Part shown: piece by piece, positions 50,550 to 62,310 of the stretch
Numbering within the stretch: position 1 is the stretch's first letter
Layout: every line of letters begins with the position of its first letter
Assembly (NCBI RefSeq): GCF_028641065.1
Contig: NC_073406.1
Coordinates: 8,184,001-8,248,000, forward strand
DNA length: 64,000 bases
DNA from: Leucoraja erinacea
Lineage: Eukaryota
Direction of reading: 5' to 3'
Position numbers and translations under genes: made by a program
Notes under the pieces: model-generated
Databases searched by the model: none
What the model was told of the DNA's origin: nothing
Seen by the model: the letters and a program-made list of their open reading frames with translations, nothing else

Positions 50550-50613
50550 AGTGAAAGAATTGAGAAAGGCCAAGGAACCTGAAGATTCACAGAAGCACCC
50601 CATAGCAATGTAA
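50550..50613 (+). CDS. CAMTA1: CAMTA1 terminal exon coding part: SERIEKGQGT* (TGA 50580-50582) or, when the 31-nt exon is skipped, (R)VKELRKAKEPEDSQKHPIAM* (TAA 50611-50613)
   Basis: Strong acceptor ttcccctctcttccttcag|AGT; both frames resemble recalled CAMTA1 C-termini. Confidence 0.94.
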
Positions 50614-53600
50614 CATTGCTTCCTGACTGTTTTCTTTATGTTTATATCAGAGACATTTACAAAGATCACTAGAGATTTGGGAAGATTCGCAACACTCTCA
50701 TCGCAACAAGGCTCTAGAAACTTTTTTTCTCTCGACCACATCGGCACTTTTATGGAACTTTTTTTAAAGAAAACGAAACAAGGCGCCATAGAACTTGCAA
50801 CTTATTGTTTTAAGAACTTGAAAACTAACTTGTAGAATGAAATAACCTCTTTACCAGCCTGGTGCGTAGTACTGTAAACTTGTGTCAAGGTTTGCAACAC
50901 AAAAAAAAAGGGGCTTTTTTTGTCGGGATTAAGCAAATGTATGTAGAGATATCAAAGAGTGAAGAAAAAAAGCAGGTCAGTGCATTGAGGGGAGTGTTAG
51001 TCTGAAAGGAAAGGTGATGCACAGCTTATGTGGACCCTGAGCCAGGGGGTCACGGGTTTTGCACGTTCTGGTGGGTGTGATCACGGCCACCCTGCAGTGA
51101 TAGGGAGTGGTCCAATACTAGGCCTGGGACTTCCTCTCTTCGAACTTCTTCCTTGCTTTCATCAAATCCTGCTGTTGATCCATGCTGGGATTGAACACAA
51201 TGCAAGGGTAGGAAGGAGGAGGAAGAAGAGTTGGAGATGAGCCCTGTCTCCAGATGTTGGATGCAAGCAATGTGCAATTTGCCAAATGGAAGTGGCCTGT
51301 GGCTACATATAATCTGCTCGTTCAGTTAACTGGGCAAGGTGCCTGAAATCTGATATATTTTCCTTGCCCGTTCTCTCCTTTTCTGACTAGAACCCTCCAT
51401 ACCAGAAGTACTACGGTCTTAAAAACTCTCTTAAGGACCAATGGTAACTTCTTGGGGCCAAACAAAGAGAACAGCTTGAAGCTATATAATTTTATTTTCT
51501 GTATATTGGTTAAACCTTGTGGATATTTGGTGTGTGTGCGTGTGTGCGTGCATGTGTGTTTCAAACCAACCAATGTTTTGCGTATCTTTCAGCCCACTTT
51601 TGGTTGTAAACTGTGAAGGAAATCAGAAGTTTTAACAGTTTCTGAAGTCCCGGAGCCTTACTGTTTTGGAGATACTCATCACTGTTAGATCAGGTAGCAA
51701 GCTGGGCTGAATGTCCCAGTAAGCTGGAAGTCACCTGGCAAATCTGCACCAGATTCAGCCTACTAGGTAGGGTATGCACTGCAAAGAAAGGTGAATAATT
51801 ACTTGCAAAAGGCCCCGTTCTCAAATATAGGTATTGTCCTCACTGATCTGGAGGGGCAAACGTGAACTGACAAGTCTCTGCTGTTGGAATAATAGTCACA
51901 AATCGAAAGAGTTCCTTGCAGAATACCTTGTGCAATCTCTAGCGTCAGATCCGTTATTCGTTAGTGGGAGTTGGTGGGCTGGTTGCCTGCTGGGGACATC
52001 ACAGCTAAGAACAGACCCGATGGAAACATATATGCACACTTTTCCAGCTGGGTTGACTGGATCCTGATTGAGAGCAGCAAAGCCAACTGGTTTCTCCCTT
52101 GATCCCATGCTAACCAGGAAGGACCATCGCATACCAGAGTCTGGGTAGACTTAAATGTGGTTTTGTTTGGAAATCTGAAGCCCGCGTGAAAGCTGAGCCG
52201 CACCAGGATTGAATGCCTCAGAGAGACACTGAGTTACACCGTCAGAGAGCATGTCATCTCCATGCCTCCAGACTCCACGGAGATAGGTCACTCCCAAGTT
52301 AAGTAATTATGTGCAATGTACAGTAAGTGGATTTATCACATCTTCATCTCAATCAGTGTATTCTGCATTGATGGACTTTGGTGGGGTGACCTACACTACA
52401 CAAACAGCATGCAGTGTATAGAGCCAGCCAAGTATTCATTACCCCCTCAGGTGCTACATTGATATGTGTGGGTCATTTAAATAAGTTTAAAAATAATGAA
52501 ATGATGGAGTGACTGTGTGTGTGTATAAACTTATTGTTGAGGTTTTTTTTTAATGTCTTACCAGATCTTACGAGAGTTGCTGGAACTGAGATTTTAAGAT
52601 GGTGGTTGGGTCACCTGGTGAGATACACCCAAAGCTAACACAGGAGGCCCTGGCATGTCTACAAACATACCCTTGCAGTATTCCCTGTATTGCCCTTTAT
52701 CCCTCTCTTCCCCTCTCCTTGTCTCGTGAAGGGCGTTACTGCTACAGGTCAAGCCCCAGGTGCTGTCCATGTTCCAGGCAACATGTAATTCTCAGCTAAC
52801 ATCTCTGTAACCAGTCTATCTTAAATTGGCTGCTGTGTTTCTTTAAATATGACAGTGATGAAAAGTAGTTAATTGGCCGTATCTCGGGACATCCTGAGTT
52901 TGCTTTATCCAAGCATTCATTGTTTGGAGAAGAGGCTTGGAATTGTCTGCGGTGTTGACATGTGGAGCCCAGACCTTTGACTCCAAGAAACAGTGCAAAC
53001 TGACCGATTACTTCCGTTCCTGTCTCCATGCTGGCCAATTATCAGTGTTACGTTGATTTGAAATGAACCATGAGGGACATATACTTTCATCAACAGTCAA
53101 CAACGAGCCTGGTCCTCCCAAGGCCAAAGGCCAGTGTGAGGAGAGAGGATTTCAATTTTCCCGAGTGTTAAAGGCTAGTAATATGAGATTGAAGCTGGCC
53201 CTACTTTTCTATAAACAGAAAAGGCCTCCCAAGGCCAACAGTGTTGAAGGTGGCACAGCCTTATTTTCCAGATTGCCTGCCAGTTGGGGATGTTGAAGAA
53301 AAGCAATGTCTTTTATTGGACCATCTAGTTTGCTGTTGCAAAAGGGGCAGGAAACTTGGATTAGGTTTGTACTGAGATACAGACAGAAACCCAACCAACC
53401 CTCCATAAACTCATTATTGATCCATTATTGAACCCTTTGCCGTGGTCAAAGTAAAACAGATTGCTGCCCACTCTATTGCCATGAGCTGATTTGAGAAAAT
53501 CATGCAGTTTTATTCTTCTTAGCTTAGTTTTAAATTACTGTGAACTAGCATAACAGAATGCTTCTTGAACAATCTGAGCCATCTAAAACAAAATGCTTCT

Positions 53601-55420
53601 GGTGGGTGGGGGGTAAACCACATCAGTATTTCTAGTAGAGGGTAGATGTGTTTCTACTATGCAATCGTGCTGTCGTTGGCAAACATTATTACTGACAGCT
53701 CAGTGCATCAAGTTGTAAAGCAAGACCCTTGCCCAAATAACATTTCAAACTAATGAACAAACAAAATTGACCAAACTGACTCCCTCCATCTACCTTTACC
53801 CTTCAATTATACCTTGTGAGGCACCATTAAAAAGCTCCCCTGCGGTCTTTATTATGTTGCTTCACTGGCTGCATATCATTAAAAAAACATTGTACTGTCA
53901 AAAAAAAAGTCTTACTCTGCTTCTCACCATTGAGTTCACAAAGTACAAGTATCTGCTGCACTTCGGGCCATGGCAGGGTAATGACCCTGTTCTGTCTGTC
54001 ATCATTGCAAGCTGAGGAGGTGCCCAGGTGCAGCCCAGGTGTGTTGAGGTGAGAGTACCTCACCACATTTGTTTGCGATTGAAATGTTCTCTCACTGACC
54101 ACAATACAAAGACAAAGGGAATGGAGGGGGGTTGGGTTTGCTGACAATGGGGGCAGGAGGTTCCACATAAGCTGGGTATTAACCTTATCCAAAAACTCCC
54201 GAAACCTTTCTTCCTCAACAGTCACTGTCACCTTGCTCGTGTCCTGTCACATCCTGCACTTTATTTTGCCTTACTTTATAACTTTTTTTTAGTCTGAACT
54301 TTTTTTTAATATATATATAATATATAAATAGTTTATTTAAAGCTTTGATTATTTAATTTATTTTCTTTTGTTCTTTCTTTATTTCAAAAAGCATTTAAGC
54401 TTTTTTAGCCTTTCAAAAATAGGACAATTTTTTTGTGGGGTCACATTCATTGCCTTGACATCGTACAAGACAGTAAGGTCTTGTATGATGTATTCTGCTG
54501 GCCAGTAATGTCCATATTCTTGGCTACTGTCAGTAACCTGGGTGGACTCTGTATATATTGAAGATCATGATAGGGAGATGAATGAAAACAATGAAAAAAC
54601 GTGGGATGCCAACAATGAATTATTTTACTGTGAGTGGTTATGAGATTGGTAATGGCAGAATGGGAATTTGTATAGTTTTATCTGAATGAGCTAGCAATGT
54701 GGATATACTGTTTGTAAATAATGTATATATACTTAAAATGATGGAGAAAAAAAACACCAGAGATATGTGCATGACTGTAATGAACAAAAAAAAAACAAAA
54801 GGAAGTATTAGAAGCAAATGACCTGTAAAATGAAAAAAAAATCACTGTAAGAATTCCTTATTTTAAATGTTCTTTAGAAGAACATTTTTGCTAAAGCATG
54901 ATTACTTGCAAAAAAACTACTGTACTTAGAATTAGAAAACAGACAGCAAAATGATATAACTGAAAAGTTTATGTTTACATATTTCTTTTCTGTTTGGCTA
55001 CCAAGACTTATCTCCTTTGCCAATGGGTGCCAAGTAATGTGAATGCTGTATTGCTAAAAGAAAAGACACAACATTAAGTTATAATCTTTGCTGAGCAGGT
55101 TACTGTAAGGATATAATATATATATATATAGCATTATACCATAAATCACTCTTTGAAAAGAAAGATTAACAGGCATTTTTATGTTAAATACTGTGTGATA
55201 CAGTGGAAAATGTTACACACATAATACACACATACATATGCATACAAATACACGCACACATACAGGACACAATAGATTTTGAAAAAAATATATTACATAA
55301 ATCAAACTTGACAGTAATGGAAAGAATGTCCACTTCATCTGTTCATCTGAGATTAGACAAACAGGTCACAACATTGCACAAAAAAAAATTAAAAAAATAA
55401 AATTCTAGAAAATGCAAAGC
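50614..55420 (+). other. CAMTA1: CAMTA1 3' UTR (approximate end)
   Basis: Follows the stop codons, has no recognisable TE copies, has an AU-rich distal block and ends near ATTAAA/AATAAA. Confidence 0.6.
55388..55401 (+). terminator. Probable polyadenylation signal(s)
   Basis: ATTAAA at 55388-55393 and AATAAA at 55396-55401, followed by the GU-rich tttgttg about 20 nt downstream. Confidence 0.6.
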
Positions 55421-57700
55421 TTTGTTGCACACTGCAACAACCCAGGGACATATGCTACGACAGAGACTCCTGGGGTTGCTCACAATTGCATGTGATACTA
55501 GTGTAGATTCTCCTTTCTTTTTTCTTTTTTTTTTGTCTCTCTTTTCTTGCCCCTTCCTTTTTTTTCCCCCCCTCTCTTTCTTCCTCTACACTCTCTTGTT
55601 TTGAACCTTTTTGATTTCAACCTTTTGTTTCAATTGTTCCTCTTTTTGTATGTCTGCATGTGAGAGTGTCACTGGGTCGTTTAGAATCTTTACAAGGGAT
55701 AGCCCAGCTGCCAGAGTCATGCAAACATTTTAAATTCCCCGTCAAAATTATGTAAGATGTTTTTGAATGCTTTATAATCCTTTCTGCTGTAAATTAAAAA
55801 AACAAAGAAAAATCTCTCCATGTTAGTTTGTTAAATTTATTTCTGAATATATATATCGTTTGATACTTACTAACTTTCTCGTTCCCTGGACAGCCTTTTG
55901 ACTCGCGGCACCAAGGTGCCCTCCAATGGATTGGTTATCAAACCATTTCATTCTGGTTTCTTTCCTGTTTCTTTTTATTATTGCTCTTCCCTGGATATCA
56001 CTTTCCTGTCATTGGTCTTCCTTTTCCTTCTCTCGACTTCCCCTTCCCTCAACCGATCTTACTGTTTGCTTTTCCCCATTCCCTGAAATGTCTCCTTTAC
56101 TGGCGCTCACCTTCCCCTTTTTCTTTCCCAGCTGCGTGCAACTTCAGTCTCCTCTCACACCTCACCTGGCTCCCGAGTTCCACCTCCAGTTGATGGTGCC
56201 TGGAGGTTGGTTCTGTTTCTCCATCATTGCCCCAATCAAATGTATCCCAGATCCAATATTTCTTTAACTAATGAGCAAAATTTATATCAAGGAAAATGAA
56301 AGGTTTCCATTTTATTTATTACCTCCCCATGTCAATCACGGTGTGCCGACAATTGGTGGGTCATTTATGGGGGTACGTGCAAAATCCTGGAAGGTTAAGA
56401 ACTCCACCTTCTTCAGTGGGCCATGATGAAGAAGGTCAGCAGGCTGTTAGACGACTCGTGCTCTCACCACCATGTGTCCCTTTTACCATGAGAGACTGTG
56501 GATCATGATCAGATTGACCTATTTCCACCGCATCACAGACTGACCATCAGATTGAGTGTTATGGCTGCTGTTAATCCTCAGTAGTGTCTCTTAGTTTCTG
56601 GCCTCAGTGTTGTTCTGCCATGGTCCCGTGCTTTTCTGTGGCGAATGAAATAAATACTTGTCTGGCTGCACACAGTTGGTCCTGCACGGGTATATGGTTA
56701 AATGTCTGACTTTCTTATTGTCTCTCTCTGTCATTGTCTCAATGGGTAATTGTCTAATTTCCGTTTGTGCCTCCCTCTACCTACAATGTAGGCAATTCAG
56801 TATCACAGGACTAGTGTATGTCCTTTTCCAGCCAGGTCCTCACACCTCTGTGGGACTGCCTCATCTTCCACTGGCATTATTTGCTCCGAAGAGTTAACTA
56901 CTGACGAGATGTCACCCCAAGTGTGTGCTTCCTTCCTTAAGGTAGTTCAAGCACATTATTGTTCTTGGAGGTTGAATCGTTAGCTTGGCCTCCTACAGAA
57001 CAGGCTAACTCCTTGAAACATGGCTAGGAGCAATAAAAGATGGACAAGGTAACTTTAAATGAAGGATGGAAAGCACTCACTTCAAATGTAAATAAAATGG
57101 TAGACCTCGTTCTTACACCTTTGAAAAGGACAAAACCTGGAACATTGAAGACAAATGTGGGCACTGGAATCTGCCCAGCAATAGAAGGATTACTATAACA
57201 TTTACCTGAATAAAGCAGTGAATCAAAAGGTGGTACTGATTGTGGTGGAGGTACAGTGCTGGACTCGGACAGAGCAGCATTGCTGTCAAAAGGAGCAGTG
57301 ATATTTTACTTTTTGATTCTCCTCCTTCATAATTGTAATGGCTTATTTGAAGGCTACAGGGTTCAGGCCACGTTGGTCATCTTCCTGCCATTTTTGGCTG
57401 CAGCAAGCGCGGACAAGATGATGTATCAGAGCTGAGAAAATGTACAGTGAAATATTGGAGGCTAACTCAGCATGTTGTCCACCAGCCATTGAATATTCAG
57501 TTCATCGGCAGAAATGACAGTCGGAACCACAAACTCCCCTTGCCTCATCTATAAAACAGACCATTGGAAACTGCTAACGTAACATAAGGAACAATGGAGG
57601 AGCTGAACATTTGGCTTGGCATGGCACGACAATAATCTCAACAATAAGTGGCATTCACAGAGTGAGTAAACTTCGAAGAGAGTCCAACGCATCCAACTCA

Positions 57701-57758
57701 AAGGTACACAAAAATGCTGGAGAAACTCAGCGGGTGCAGCAGCATCTATGGAGCAAAG
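57701..57758 (-). mobile_element. Penelope-derived arm fragment
   Basis: Near-identical to the start of the 5947 arm. Confidence 0.75.
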
Positions 57759-57796
57759 CCTTGGCTACTTCATTACTGGCTTGCAGACTGACTGAC

Positions 57797-58087
57797 TTTA
57801 GAGATACAGTGCAGAAACAGGCCCTTCGGCCCACCGAGTCTGCGCCGACCAGCGATCACCCTGTATACTAGCACTATCCTACACACTATGGACAATTTAC
57901 AGAAGCCAATTGACCTACAAATCTGTGCATCTTTGGAGAGGGAGGGAACCAGAGCACCTGGAGAAAACCCACGCAGTCACAAAGAGAACGTGCAAACTGC
58001 ATACAGACAGCACCGGTGGTCAGAATTGAACCTGGGTCCATGGCGCTGTAAGGCAGTAAGTCTATCGCTGCGCCACTGAGCTGCCCC
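57797..58087 (-). mobile_element. HE1-type V-SINE, full length
   Basis: Pol III A and B boxes on the minus strand; CR1-like tail. Confidence 0.87.
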
Positions 58088-60260
58088 TGCATTCATTGGT
58101 ATGGCTGAAGCCGGCTGAAGGAAGACAAAATGAGTGCAGCCCAAATGTTAAATGGAAATGTAATTTTGAACCGTGTGACAGATAAAAGTTAATCCACAGC
58201 TCTGTTGTGTTTTCACTTCTAATCTAGTTCTTGAGCTACATGGCGGTTAGTTTTATACAGGAACCAGCAATGTCATTGGGATTCCTTTGTTAACAATTTG
58301 CTAATCCAACAGCTACTACAACACATGATATGTATAAAATGTCAGCTTGCATTAAGAACCTGTTTTGTGAGAGAGTACTGTGTCTGTGAGATGTGTTGCC
58401 AGCTGATATGGTGAGCACTGGCCTTCAAGCCAGGCCTGCTCCAGAAGATAAGGCATGACAAAGAATGTTTCTCATGATACCAGTTATTCGTCTGGACTGG
58501 ATTTCAATCATCCAAAGCAGTCAGAAGAAATTTCTGTTTAAGTGCCTCGGGGGAAGGAGGGAGACAGCAAGTGTGTCCTACCTGTTAAATAATTTATTTA
58601 TTCGCATGACAAGCAAGATCATGTGTGGGGGAATCTAGATCAAGTTTTTAAATCATTCGAGAGTAACGTCAGGAATCTATAACATTCTGCAATACGTACT
58701 CACAAATCCATTTATCATCCCCTTTACAATGGTGCTGTGTGCAGGTAATGTAACAAGAGGGCCATGAGTTCAACCTATCGATACACGAGAGAAAGACACC
58801 TTTGAAGGTGAGTTGGATATCATTCCATTTGCAAAGACGTTTGAGGTTGTTCATTTGCTTTTGGACTTCAACACACGATACATATAGCCTGCTGGTAGTG
58901 AGGCATTGGTAGAAGTTGACGGCCGTTGCACTAGTTAGGAGTGGCCATGTCTGGACTTCATTTAACATGACTGTCAGAAAACATGTCATCAGCACTAGCC
59001 CAGAAAGCCCTCCTCCCTCCAATTAATAGGCTCCACGATTAGGTTACACGTCTGATAACATATGAACATCAAAGTTGCGAGCCGTATAATTAAATTGAAT
59101 AGCATTGTGATATAGCGTATCAGCACAAATTGCATACCCATCAAGTGACACAGTGATGAGTGGGGGCCTAATCTGCCCACCAGGAGGCTGGTGATACTGG
59201 GTGCAGTGATGGATTTGTTCCATAGATTAGCATGTCTAGATCAGCTGTAAAATTGATGCTGTGTTCACTTCCCACTGGTAAAGTGTCATGCCTACAGAAC
59301 TAATTTAAAATCACCCCGCTAGAATCAAAGAATATCTTTTGGCCCATTGTTCATGTATTATCTTACCTAATTCTCTAGCTCTTGCTCGATAACTGTGGTT
59401 TTTACTTTCCGTTCAAGTATTGAACTAGTTCCCCTTTTGGAAATTACTATGAAATCCTTCCTCTATTCTGTCAGCATAGTCCAGATCAGTTTATTCTGTT
59501 AAACAATGCCTGCATGACACACTGCTTCTTTTTCTCTTTATCTTAAATCTATTATAAAATGAATCAAATGATGAATGATTGTCCTCTTGAAACTGTTTCT
59601 GGTTATTCACTCTGCTGGAATGAGGGGAAATCTCGGTCTCGGATGCGTGAGGCGGTTTAGTTATGCTCAATGCTAACAAATACCTTCAAAAGCAAGGTTC
59701 GGACGCCACGGGACGAGATGAAAAGATGAAGAAACATGAAGACTTGAGCTCTGCCTGTCAAAACGCAAGTGAGAGACGAACCTGGAGGTGAGTTGGACAT
59801 CAATAGATTTCCATTTGCAAAGACGTTTGACGTGTTCAATTGCATTTGAAATCATGACAGTGTTTACAGAATCTTTGCTCATTGAAATTGTTGTGAGCAA
59901 TTTGTTCACTGCATTGAGAAACGGGTAATCTACATTGGTGCATGAGAGAATGGAAAATAAAGAGGCTAGGGTAATCAGTACAAAAATTCCCAAACAGGTA
60001 TTTATTAAAATTTACTGACTTTGAATTCTTGGGGTGAGATTCATATTTTTTTTTAAAACAGCTCAGTATTTGTGGGTTAATTCCTGGATTATATATCCTG
60101 AGCTAAAATCGAGTTTGGGAACTAAATTTGGTTGAAGATAGATTTGGAAATAAAAACCATCAGCAGAAGTAACCAGTTAGGAACCCAGCTGGATGCCGGA
60201 GTGACCTTTGGACAAAAGTCTTGTTAGGGTCTCTGCCTAACTCCAGTTTCATGTCACCAT

Positions 60261-60340
60261 GATAGACACAAATTGCTGGAGTAACTAAGCGGGACAGGAA
60301 GCATCTCGGGAGAGAAGGAATGGGTGACTTTTTGGTCAAA
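60261..60340 (-). mobile_element. Penelope-derived arm fragment, older subfamily
   Basis: gctggagtaact...gagagaaggaatgggtgac. Confidence 0.65.
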
Positions 60341-60679
60341 ACATGGTTTCACCATGGTTGGTCCAACTGAAGTGGCCACGTATTAGCAGCGAGCAGAGAT
60401 GTTGCGTTACTGCGTCGCCAATCTTGTGCAATCCTGACTTCCACTGTTGTCTGTGTGGAGTTTGCATGTTTTCATGTGACTTCATCAATTTCCTCGCACA
60501 TCCCAAAGATGTGTGTGTTTTGGGGGTCAATTGACCGTTTTAAATTGCCTTCAGTGTGTGGGTAAGTGTTGGAAATGTGGGAGGAATAGATAATAGGAAA
60601 CTTAGAGCAAGTTGGGAAGGGCTCGATAGACTCAACGGCCTCCTCCTATGTCGCTAGGGAAAACAGAAATAGGCAACAT

Positions 60680-60976
60680 GGGCAGCACAGTGGCGCAGCG
60701 GTAGAGTTGTTGCCTTACAGCGTCCGAGATCCTGGTTCAATCCTGACTACGGTGCTGCCTGTATGGAGTTTGTACGTTCTCCCCGTGACCACGTGGGTTT
60801 TCTCCGAGAGCTTTAGTTTCCTCCCACACTCCAAAGATGTACAGGTTTGTAGAAGTGTAAGTGTATAAGTGTAAATTGTCCCTAGTGTGTGTAGGATAGC
60901 GTTAGTGTGCGGGGATCGCTGGTCGGTGCGGACTCGGTGGGCCGAAGGGCCTGTTCCCGTGCTGTATCACTAAACT
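60680..60976 (+). mobile_element. HE1-type tRNA-derived V-SINE, full length
   Basis: A box TGGCGCAGCGG at 60691-60701, B box GGTTCAATCC at 60734-60743, V-domain-like core and a gggccgaagggcctgtt tail shared with CR1. A decayed relative lies at about 60390-60650. Confidence 0.9.
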
Positions 60977-61313
60977 AGTATCACTAGTATGCTGTATCCA
61001 CTAAACTTGTGGGGCTGCCCCCCACAAGCACCTCACCCAAACGCACCCCACCCACACACTCCTAACCCCACAAACACCGACAGTGCACACACACATCACC
61101 TCCCCTCCCCCCCATCCTGTCATCTCCCACTGAGAGTTAATGTTTAAAATCTCAGCGGTGCGTGATAGTTTACAAGTTGAAGCCAAATCACATACAAGTT
61201 ACGATGCCTTTCCTGATGGCCAAAATATCTCCAAGTGTTGCAGAGGTTTGGAATGCAAAACACAGCTGACACTGGGAGGAACTAATTACAAATCTGGCAA
61301 ATAGTTCTTCGTT

Positions 61314-61585
61314 AAACAGGGCCTTCAGCCCATTGAGTCCGCGCCAACCAGCAATCCCTGTACACAACCACTATCCTACACACGAGGGACAATTTACAAC
61401 CTTTACCGAAGCCAATTGACCTACAAACCTGTACGTTTTTGGAGTGTGGGAGGAAACCGGAGCACCTGGGGAAAATCCATGCGGTCACAGGGAGAACATA
61501 GAAACTCCGTACCGACTGTACCCGAGGTCAGGATCAAACCCGGGTCTCTACCTCTCCACAACTGCCACCGCGGTGTCACCATGCC
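61314..61585 (-). mobile_element. HE1-type V-SINE
   Basis: Inverse of 60680-60976, about 340 nt away. Confidence 0.82.
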
Positions 61586-61666
61586 AGCTTGTCACTGGTA
61601 ACTGGTGACCAATGAAAATCAAAGAGGATGGAGATTTTAATTTAGCCATTGGGCTTAAAATGATGT

Positions 61667-61842
61667 TTAAGAGGGAACTGCAGATGCTGGAGAATCGAAG
61701 GTTACACAAAAAAAAGCTGGAGAAACCGGTACAGCTTGTGGAAAAGGAGGAGGAGCCTGAAGGCACTGGTAAAGGGGAGGAGGCAAGGACTAACACCAGA
61801 CTCCCCAAACGGAATATGAAAAGAGAGGTCAGACGGAGTGGG
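61667..61842 (-). mobile_element. Chimeric Penelope-derived insert with 44-nt flanking duplication
   Basis: Starts like 25269; perfect direct repeat at 61623-61666 and 61843-61886. Confidence 0.75.
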
Positions 61843-62009
61843 AGAGGATGGAGATTTTAATTTAGCCATTGGGCTTAAAATGATGTAGCTCATTGTCAAA
61901 ATCTTAGCTGTACCCTCAACTTACATATCAGTTGTAGCATCTACGATCAAATAGTACATTTACTGATTGCACAAAAGCAGTGAATTTATTTGTCACATTT
62001 AGCACAATG

Positions 62010-62310
62010 ATTGGCTTCCTAGGTCTAGGCATAAGTTCAGGGGCGACCGTGCCTTTGCGGTTGCAGCTCCAAGACTGTGGAACAGCATCACTCTTCCCAA
62101 CTGGACTGCCCCCTCCATCTACTCTTTTAAGTCGAGACTTAAAACTCATCTTTACTCTCTGAGGGAGGGCTATATGTATGTATTTTTGTATGTACTTAAT
62201 CTATGAACCAATGTTGTATGACGTTAGTACCTCCATCAATGCAAAGCAATTTGGTCAACGAGAGTTGTTTTTTAAATGTGCTATAGAAATAAAAGTGACT
62301 TGACTTGACT
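62010..62310 (+). mobile_element. L2-clade LINE 3' end
   Basis: Encodes GDRAFAVAAPRLWNS and FKSRLKTHL; ends with AATAAA and a (GACTT)n tail. Confidence 0.8.

Larger units (their letters stand above)
3435..55420 (+). other. CAMTA1: CAMTA1 gene, 3' part (ankyrin region, IQ motifs, C-terminus, 3' UTR); upstream exons (CG-1, TIG) lie 5' of the window
   Basis: The exons below splice in frame into a peptide closely matching recalled vertebrate CAMTA1, from DNQFRMSILERLEQMERRM to SERIEKGQGT*. The SPLVD.RLYKR/SERIEKGQGT tail fits CAMTA1 rather than CAMTA2. The 3' end is estimated from the poly(A) signal. Confidence 0.95.

Noticed and set aside
60680-60750. tRNA gene
   Set aside because: The A/B boxes continue into a SINE body and LINE-like tail; no complete cloverleaf.
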